From Paraspadella gotoi (lineage: Eukaryota; Animalia; Chaetognatha): a DNA stretch of 64,000 nucleotides. Every line of letters begins with the position of its first letter. Position 1 is the stretch's first letter. Shown here in pieces: positions 32,784-42,038 of this stretch. Location: assembly GCA_051294375.1 (NCBI GenBank), contig CM119263.1:13343240-13407239 (forward strand), in the 5' to 3' direction. Below the pieces are notes generated by a model. The model was not told the origin of the DNA. It did not search any database and worked only from the letters and a program-made list of their open reading frames with translations. Both the position numbers and the translations under genes were made by a program.

Positions 32784-33149
32784 GTAAAAAAGGGAAGAAA
32801 GCAGATTAGAAGGCAACGGAGGATTGTCTTTGTTTATTGCCTCAAAGCAAAAGCGACAATTAGAAAGTAAATCTTGCGCGGCGAAGAAGGAAGTGGAAAA
32901 AGAAAGGAAAAGAAAAAAAAAGGAAAAGAGGAAGAAAAAAAATGGGAGAAAGAAAAAAAAATGAGCAATTGATTTTTACGTGAAGCGGTTTCGAGAGCTG
33001 CCGTTGTCTTTGGCTTTTTCTCTTTAAATCTTTCCGTTCTCTTTTTTCTTTCTTTTTTTCTTTTTTTTCTTTCTTTTTTCATTTCTTTTCAACTCTGGTT
33101 AAGATCTTTGTTCTCTCAGCCAAGAGGAAGAAGAAAAAAGTCTGTCTTC

Positions 33150-33345
33150 ATCGGCAAGTCAGTCTCCGATGTTTACACTCGAACGATCTGCGTTCGAGCA
33201 CAACGTATTTCTTAATTGGTTCACTGTAACTCGTTCCCCAATGATTCACTTTGCTTTTTACATTTTTTTCTTTAGTGCGTCTTTCCTCTTCCCACAGTTT
33301 CTGATATGCAATCTCATTATATGTTTCTTTTACTTCTGGCATATT
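33150..33345 (-). mobile_element. Decayed non-LTR retrotransposon fragment, I/Nimb-like region downstream of RNase H
   Basis: The translation MPEVKETYNEIAYQKLWEEE..KNVKSKVNHWGTSYSEPIKKYVVLERR..HRRLT follows the pattern WQxxW..IKxxVxxWxTS..EVVLxRLRIGHTRLT that I recall from I-group LINE ORF2. Matched by eye. Confidence 0.55.
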
Positions 33346-33716
33346 TTAAATTCATATAAACTTCAACGACATCTCCGTTGACGTTTTAAAACATTAGTGC
33401 ATCGATTCATTCTCTTTCTCTTATCATCTCTCTCTCTCTCTCTCCGTTTCCCATTTTCTTCCTTCATTCCTCATTTTCTTTCCCTTCTCTTTTTCCTCTC
33501 TCCTCCCTCGTTAATATCTCCCTTCCCCCTTTCCCTCCTCCTTCCCCTCGTTTTCCTTTGGCCCAAATTGATCCCAAGTTTCCAATTTTGTCGACTCACG
33601 TGCGAGACCTCCTTCCAACCTTCCGCTTCTTCGAGTCTCTTCTTCCTCTTCATTTTATCACACTTTGTTTTTCGCTTTTCGATTCCCCCCCCTTTTCCTT
33701 TCTTTTCCCTTTACTC

Positions 33717-33839
<123 letters not shown>

Positions 33840-34861
33840 TCTTTTTATTTTCCTTCTTCCAATTTCCTATGACTTTCTTTTTCTCTCATCTATTCTCTAT
33901 CTTTTTATTTGTCTCTAGTACCTTCCACCCTGGTTCATTATTTTTTTTTATACAAAAGAATAATTTTATTATCCTACAGTCAACAACCATAATTTAATTC
34001 TACTTTTAGTAGCTCGCGTGGAGAGTGGCGAGCTAATCAATATAAAATTAATCATAAATGAATAATTTGGCAAAACATTTAAAATCAGTATTTAATTTTA
34101 AGCAGTAGACTGAAGTAGTACATGCCAAGAAATACAATCAGAATGAACTTCTCGTAGCTCTATGAAATGTCTCTCTTATCTACCAGTGAATTCGATTAAT
34201 TTAAAAGTCCCATAATTTTAAAGTAAAAAGCATTCTCTTGTCTCGTCTTCGAATCGCGCCTCTCGTTGACCCATCCCCAAAGCGGCGCCTTCCGTCGCAG
34301 CATCTGCGCGATGGCGCCAACGGAACAAGTCGGGTGGCGGCGCCTCGTGGTCGAAAGAAGGTTTAGACGGTGACCGCGATGGAGGGGCGGAGATGGAAAG
34401 GATTAATGGTCGACGAAAAAAGGGGCGTCATCGTCGTCGTCGTCGTCGTCGTTTGGGTGAGTCAGGTGTGTGAACGTGAGTCAGTCAACCGAGTGAGCAT
34501 TCCTCGAACGTCAAAGAAACGAAAAAAATTGAAGAGGTCGATAACAACAACGACGAGGGTCGTGGGTCAGGTTTTAGAAAAAAAGAGAAAAAAGGAAGAC
34601 AAAGATAAAGTGGAACTTGAGAAGCGACGCCGAAATATGAATTAATTAACTAACAACTCAAATTTTACGAAACTTTTAACGAAAGTCTTTAAAAAAAAAC
34701 TAAGTAATGCACTAACGATTGAAGTTTAAGTAAAGCAAAAAAAAATTTAGAAAGGAAATTCAACAAAAGAAAACGGAAGGGAGGAAGAGCCGAAGTTTAG
34801 ATGGAAAAAAGAAGGAGAAAGGACGAAACGTTGGAGAGATAAGGAGGGGAGAGAAAGAGGG

Positions 34862-34967
<106 letters not shown>

Positions 34968-35203
34968 AGGGAGCGAAAGTGACTTTGACAGACAAGAAAA
35001 GGGAGGAAGAGAAAAGAAAAGGGTTCTTCCTCGGATAATGAAGGAAACGAAGAGACAAAGAAAGTGGAATCCTTCCTTTTTTTTTCCTTCTTTATCTTTC
35101 TTTTTTTCTCTCTCTCTTCTTTTCTTATTTTTTTCTTCCTTTTTTTTCGCCGCGAAGACGAACGAGGCGTCGGTGGTTGTTTGTCTTTGTCACGGCGATT
35201 CCG

Positions 35204-35251
35204 GTCACGTGACGAGATTTCGGGTCACGTGATGAAATTTTGCTCACGTGA
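35204..35251. promoter_or_regulatory. Triplet of TCACGTGA E-boxes (CLEAR/USF/Mitf- or CLK:CYC-type)
   Basis: TCACGTGA starts at 35205 (within the perfect GTCACGTGAC), 35225 and 35244. Spacing is 20 and 19 bp. Confidence 0.55.
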
Positions 35252-35500
35252 TCTCGCGCTCGGGGAAGAAGAACTTCGAAAAAAAATAGCGAGGAGAGAG
35301 AGAAAGAGAAAGAGAAGAGGTGACGAGACGACCTGGTGAGGATGAGTGAGTGAATAACGTAAGGACCGGCGCCCAGGCGAGGAACGTAACGGCGAACTCA
35401 CCAGGGAAAAATTCACTATCACTTCCGTGAGCTCGATGAAGGTCAGATCGTTTCCTCACTTGTCCTAGGATAATTTACGGCTTAATAGGAGTTAATATTG

Positions 35501-36160
35501 GTAGGAATGGTTTCCACAATATTTCTACGGTTACTTCGGCTGACACGGCATAATCAAAGTCAGTTGCCGTTGTAATTTATTTTTCATTTTAGATTTTTCT
35601 GGCAAGAATAAAGAACAAAAAAGTAAAAAGTTAACATTGTAGGGAATGGTTCTATATTTCTACGTTTACTTCGCTGACACGGCATAATCAAAGTCAGTTC
35701 CGTTGTATTATTTTTTCATTTTAGATTTTTCTGGCGAACAAATAAGGACACAAAAAAGTAAAAAAGTTAACATTGTAGGAATGGTTCCAATATTTCTACG
35801 TTACTTCGCTGACACGGCATAATCAAAGTCAGTTCCGTTATATTTTTTTTTCATTTTAGATTTTTCTGGCAAGAATAAAGAACAAAAAAGTAAAAAAGTT
35901 AACATTGTAGGGAATGGTTCCAATATTTTTACGTTACTACGCTGACACGGCATAATCAAAGTCAGTTCCGTTATATTATTTTTTCATTTTAGATTTTTCT
36001 GGCAAGAATAAAGAACAAAAAAGGAAAAAAGTTAACATTGTAGGGAATGGTTCCAATATTTCTACATTACTTTGCTGACTCGGCATAATCAAAGTTAGTT
36101 CCGTTATATTATTTTTTTCACTTTAGATTTTTCTGGCAAGAATAACGAACAAAAAAGTAA
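35501..36160. repeat. Tandem array, 5 x ~133-bp unit
   Basis: Units start gtag(g)gaatgg at 35501, 35639, 35775, 35907 and 36040. Each contains cgctgacacggcataatcaaagtcagttccgtt and tagatttttctggcaagaat with few substitutions. Confidence 0.95.
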
Positions 36161-36720
36161 ATACTAATTTTTTTTTAAATTAAAGATAAATAAATAATAA
36201 GTTAGAAAATATTGGAATAAAAGATATAAAAAGAAAAAAAATCGTTGTCCAAACTAAAAAGATATAAAAAGGAACAAAAGAAAAAAATCACAAAAACACT
36301 TAGGCTTCTCACCTACAAAAACTTTCATTTCATCTTCAAGATGGCGGAAGAGTATCTCGAGATGGAAGCGAAATTTCCGCACTTTTTGGCGCCATCGACG
36401 CTTTAAAAAAACAGTTTTGAGCGCAAGAGAAAAAGATGGCGCGAGCGACAACGTGCGACGAGCGTGCGAACTTGTGCCCTTGCGCGAGAGCGCCAGCGTG
36501 CTCCAGACGAGGGGGAAGGCGCACGTGTAAACAGAGAATTGAATAAAGTTATTGTGAAGCAGATGATGAGCTGAAAGAGAGGGAGAGGGAGAGAGAGAGG
36601 GAGTGGAGGATTGTGAAAAATATGGAAAGCCAAAGGACGAGGGAGGGAGAAAATGAAAAAAAAAAGATTGAGAGCTAGATTTTTCAAAAGGAAAAGAGCC
36701 AGAGGGGGGAGATGGAGAGA

Positions 36721-36824
<104 letters not shown>

Positions 36825-37059
36825 ATTCGATTAGAAAACTAGGGTCTCGTTTTCTTCCCTTTCAAGATAGTAGAATGTTATTCTCAATTTTGGGATTTGA
36901 GCAGAAGAGAATTCGAGGATTCGGGGATTTTCTTTCCACGATTTCCTTTGAACGAAGGACGAAGAACCTTCGCGCTGGTTCAGGATTTCTTTTCATCGAT
37001 TCCATCAATTTTTTAGACGTTTCCATCGCTGAAATGTTATTATTGAATAAAAATTAATA

Positions 37060-37105
37060 AATTATTTATTTATTTATTTATTATTATTTATTATTATTTA
37101 TTATT

Positions 37106-37200
<95 letters not shown>
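37060..37200. repeat. (TTTA)n/(TTA)n microsatellite
   Basis: Seen directly. Confidence 0.95.
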
Positions 37201-37201
<1 letters not shown>

Positions 37202-37755
37202 TATTTTTCATTCATTTTCCTTGCTATATTTCTTTATTTCTTTCTTACTTTCTTTCTCTTTTTTAATATCAAAATGTCTTTTATTTATCTTTTTGCTTCC
37301 TAATTTCATTCTTTGTTTGTTTTTTTTTCCTTGCTTCTTTTTTTTCACTTTCTTTGTCTTTTTACTGAAGTTTTTTATTAATTCTTACCTTCCTTAGGTT
37401 ACGTTCTTCCTCCCTTATTGCCTTATAGTTATACGTATTATTATATTTTTATTCTAACATATTCAATCATGAACTGAAACACCCTCTGAGCCCAAGCTAA
37501 CTCGTCTTCCCTCCACCCCCCCCTGTTACCTCCACTCCTCTTCTCGTCGTGACCCTCAGGGAGAAGTCCTTGTTTTGTGAGGCTTCACTATGTCCCGTCT
37601 CTCGGCCAGACGGAAAGCGGGGGCGGGTTGGAGGTTGTCATCCGGCCTGTCGTACGGCAAATATCGGCACCGGTGAGATCTTTCCTTTTTGATTCTCGAA
37701 CGTAAGACGAAAGCTGGGCATCGTCTGCTCCAGTAATGTTGCTCCGTCTGCATTG

Positions 37756-38049
37756 TTACTGCGCAACCCGTCTTCCATAAAAAGGTTGTCCATGTCGATC
37801 CCTGTTGAAAAACCTTGATATCGAAAAAATATGCTTTCAATCAAAAAAAAAATCGAACAAGAAATAAATCCATTTATTAATTAATTAATCGTTCAACTAT
37901 TCAACGTTTCCATATGTCAATTACTATACGCCTCGGGATGAGCTAAAAGAAATAAGCACGCTGTTCATTTCTTACCGCACGTACGTGTACGTGCGCTCTT
38001 CGTCAACCAGAATCAATCTTCTGAGTCCCCTAGTACAACCGAGTCTCAT
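37756..38049 (-). CDS. Hypothetical two-exon small ORF (38049-37976 joined to 37801-37756), 39 aa
   Basis: Donor GTGCG|GTAAGA at 37976/37975 and acceptor GTTTTTCAACAG|GG at 37802/37801 define a 174-nt AT-rich intron. The splice gives MRLGCTRGLRRLILVDEERTYTYVRDRHGQPFYGRRVAQ*. I recognise no homology, so it could be non-coding or chance. Confidence 0.25.
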
Positions 38050-38154
38050 AACAAACGGAAAGGAAAAGAATAAAATGAGGAGAACAACAACAACGACGAC
38101 GACGACGACGACGACGACGAAGCAAAAAGAAGGGAAAAAAAACGCCCTAGCATT

Positions 38155-38224
38155 GCGCGGGTCCGGGTGCGGCGTTATTAACGTCTTCATTGTTAACGTT
38201 AATAACGTGGCGCGCCCATTGTGC
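38155..38224 (+). other. Stem-loop of pre-miRNA-like size
   Basis: Perfect 12-bp inverted repeat CGTTATTAACGT (38173-38184) / ACGTTAATAACG (38196-38207) with an 11-nt loop. It extends by a G-U pair, a 2-nt bulge and GGGUGCG/CGCGCCC to ~20 bp (38165-38217). Confidence 0.4.
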
Positions 38225-38404
38225 CGGCTCTGGCCTTCCCCCTTTCTTTACCCCCCGAAAAGGAATCATGGAAGGATTTTTTCTCGCTCTCTCTCTCTCT
38301 CTCCTCTCTTCTCTACTCATACTCTTCTCTCTCTCTCTCTCTTCTTTCCTTTCTCTCTCTCTTTCTCTCTTTCTCTCTCTCTCTGTTTATGTTCTCTCTC
38401 CTCT

Positions 38405-38449
<45 letters not shown>

Positions 38450-38474
38450 CTCTCCCTCTCTCTCCTCTCTCCTC

Positions 38475-38505
<31 letters not shown>

Positions 38506-40227
38506 GGGTCAACGCGTCAATTGTTGTCGGAGAGAGAAAGTAGTACTACGTACGTACTTGTACGTATTTTTGTCCCATGGGAAAAAAAATCAACGACTGT
38601 AACGGTATTTTGACGAAGTCGTTGTCGTTGTCGTTGTCGTGGTTGTTGTTCTTCTCGTCTTCCGTATCGTCGCGTTGTTATTGACATTGTCTCTATCGAT
38701 ATCTAAAACAGAATTTCACGGATCGAGTCAATATATAAGCTAACAAACATGACAACAAAACTAATAAGATAAAGAAACGTCCCAGCGTCGCGAGAGAATT
38801 AGCGAGTTTCCCGAAAACTTTTTAATTATATCTTTTTTTTTTCTCGGTCTCGCGTTATTTCGTCGTGGCGCCATCGGCGGACAAAGACGACGACATCAGA
38901 AGCAAAACATGAAGTTGAAAAGAGAGGAAAAAAAAGAGACTTTTTTTCGGGAGGTTTTCGGTTGGGACGAGGGGGGAAGGAGGAAAAGGAGGGGGAGGTA
39001 GGAAAGGAATGGGGATGAAAGGTTGAAATGACGGGGTTGGTTACGAGGAAGAAAACTAAGAGAGATGAGGGAAATTGTAAAGTCTACAAAAGAAAGTAAC
39101 GAAACAAAGATTGAAAATTACACGAGGCAGGCGGAAGAAATAAATTGAGGTTGACTCTTGCCAAATGGAGGAAAAGAGAAGCGGGCGAAGCAGAGAGAAG
39201 AAAAAGTTGAAAAATCGGGAATCGGAGGAGGCGTCTTCTCTCGAGGAAAGGAGCAGAGGAGAGAGAGTCACGGGAGAAAGAACGACACAAAATACGCAAA
39301 ACCTCGCGTCAGCAAAATTGTCATCTGTTTGCGTTGGAATCCAAACTCGGGTCAGCCCCCCTACCGAGCGATTGGTGGGAGAATGAAAGGAGGTGGGGGG
39401 GCGTAGGAGTGATAAGGAGTGAGGGTGTCCTGGATGATGGGTTAGGCTTGGAGAGACGGGCGAGTGGAATGGTAAGGTGGGTGAAAAGGACAAAGATTAA
39501 AAAATATCTGCTATCAATGACATTTCTGTTTCTATTGGTTGATGGGAGATAAGTTTAATTTTTAAAAAAAGGGTTGCGTTTTGATTTTGTGTGTTTTTTT
39601 TTTTTGGGGGGGGGGCCCCTTTCAAAGGATTTAAATTATGGATTTATTTTTGTATTTTGTACCAGGTTTTATTATATACTTGGTTTGTCAATTAGTGAAA
39701 ACAATTTTCTTCTTCGCCTCCTCATCCTCCTTCGCCTCCATCAGCTCCGCCTCCTTCGCCTCCTCATCGATTTCTCGGACGAAAAGATTTGACCGGAAGA
39801 GAAACGTGACTCATGCAGGTGAAAAAGATCACGGGCGCGGACCGGAGGAAGAGGGGTGGAGTCGGGTCACGAGCGCGGTGACGACGAAGCACAAGAGGCG
39901 CGAGGCGAGAATGGGTCAAAGATCTGTAGGGAGAGAAAGATAGTTACTTAGGATCGTTGGTTAAAGCGACGGACGCGTCGGGGCCCGAATGGAGGAAGGG
40001 TTTTCGAACTTTGGAGGAAGACGGAAAAGACCGTGGCATGGCTGGTCAAACAACAGTGAGTTGGGAGCAGGTGTCACGGTCCAAAAACAAAAAAAAAACT
40101 TGGGTCAAAACAAAAAGCTGGGCTGATTGGGTGGAGAGGTCGTGGAGAGATCGGTCGCGTGGAAGACGGGGTCGTCTGGCCGAATCGGAGAGACCCAATC
40201 TCGTTGATTCGATCAGAGGGATTTTCT

Positions 40228-40655
40228 TTTTATTACCAATATTAACAAAAACGCCGGAAAGACACGATTTGCCACCTTAGGTCTCTGTTTTTGTCTTTTC
40301 TTTTCCTTTCCTTTCCTTTCCTTTCCTTTCCTTTCCTTTCCTTTCCTTTCCTTCCTTTTCCTTTCCTTTCCTTTCCTTTCCTTTTTTTTTATTACCAATA
40401 TTAACAAAACGCCGGAAAGGACACGATTTGCCACCTTAGGTCTCTGTTTTTATCTTTTTCCTTTCCTTTCCTTTCCTTTCCTTTTCTTTTCTTTTTTCTT
40501 TCTTTTCTTTTCTTTTCTTTCTTTTTTTCTTTTCTTTTCTTTTCTTTTTCCTTTATTTTTCCTTTCCTTTCTTTCCTTTTCTTCTTTCTTTTCTTTTCTT
40601 TTTCTTTTCTTTTCTTTTCTTTTCTTTTCTTCTTTTTTCCTTTCTTTTCTTTTCT
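40228..40655. repeat. Two-copy ~158-bp tandem duplication with (CCTTT)n/(CTTTT)n tails
   Basis: ttattaccaatattaacaaaa..cgccggaaag..acacgatttgccaccttaggtctctgtttt occurs at ~40230 and ~40389, each followed by pentanucleotide repeats. Confidence 0.9.
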
Positions 40656-41943
40656 TTCGTCCTTCCGTTTTTTCCCGGCTTATCTTCCCCCTCGGACCCG
40701 TCGACCATCCATTTTCAACGAGATAAATTCACTATTTGCCATTTTCCGTCTGATTTGTTTGACCCCAACTTTTTCCCATTTATAAGCCTCAGCGCCAATA
40801 TTTGACCCGCAGAGGGGGCGTGCCGCTGCGCTTCCTTACGGCTACTTTGTTCTGCTCCCCCGCTCCTCCCTTGCCACGATTCCACCTGCGGCGGACGAAT
40901 TCTCTTGACCGGGCTTCGCCACCCTCGTCCCACTTCCACCCAGCCGATTCTCTTTTGACCACCCATGAACCGATTTGCCCCGTCTTCAACCGCGTCCCCT
41001 TCTTCCCCGCCCTCTCCTCGAACGCCTTACCTTTTCCCTCCTTCCTCCCAAAACGGATGACCTTTCGTTGACCCGAACGTCATTTTCGGTTTGCCCGGTG
41101 GCGCGTCTGCCCCGGTCCGACCCGGACCCTGGACCCCGGCGGACCCCCGGGGCCCAAAGGGGTCGTGGCCCCTGAGAAGGACATCTCCTTTCTTCCGCGC
41201 CGCCCCCCCTTCCGATTCTAACCGCCCCCCAGAAAACCAAACCCTGGAGATTCAAAGATTACCTGCTTTTCCTTTTTCCATCTCCTATTTCGCTTTCTAT
41301 TAAGAAAAGCTTCCAGGTTTCATATATATTTTATATCTCGTAGGTCCTGTGATTTTTTTTTTTATGGCAAAAAATATAAAAACTCGAAATGTGTCTCATC
41401 GGGATCATTCGCTACATTAATAAGGGGGTTGTAAAATATTTTTTAAAGCTTGTCCCATAGTCGGCAAGATGAAAAGATTTTTAACAAAACCTATTTATGA
41501 CATGTGCAATGACATATGACATATGACAGATGAGGAATCCCATGCGACGGACAGTTTTATTATTCTAAAGAATTATATGGAAAGATTTTCGCACTACAAT
41601 ATTGTTTCACATAGTAGTTATCTGATCATGTATATTCTTATAACATTGTCGGTGACATAATTATTTAGTGTTGATTGTGAACGAGAAGAGAGTGATAAAA
41701 ATGGTGACTAAGTGGGTTGATAAACAGACGGAAGCAGCGACGCGAAGAGGCAGAGTTGATCAGAGGAAAAAAAGTTGAAAAGAGAAAAAAAAGAGGAAGT
41801 TAATAAAAAAGAGGAGAAAAAAAGGAAAGAAAGAAGGAAAAAAGGAAGAAGCGGAAAGTGGCGCCATGGAAAAGTTATGAGGAGTGAAAAGTAAGAGCGA
41901 CAGAGAGACGTGAGAGAGAAGGGGGGCGGAGTTGGTGCGGGAT

Positions 41944-41986
<43 letters not shown>

Positions 41987-41998
41987 TGAGAGAGAGAA

Positions 41999-42038
<40 letters not shown>

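Noticed and set aside
35501-36160. CRISPR-like appearance of the regular repeat
   Set aside because: Whole 133-bp units are repeated with no unique spacers, there are no cas genes, and the context is eukaryotic.
40804-40822. CTCF-like CCGCAGAGGGGGCG
   Set aside because: Only the 3' half fits the CCRSYAGRKGGCR consensus.
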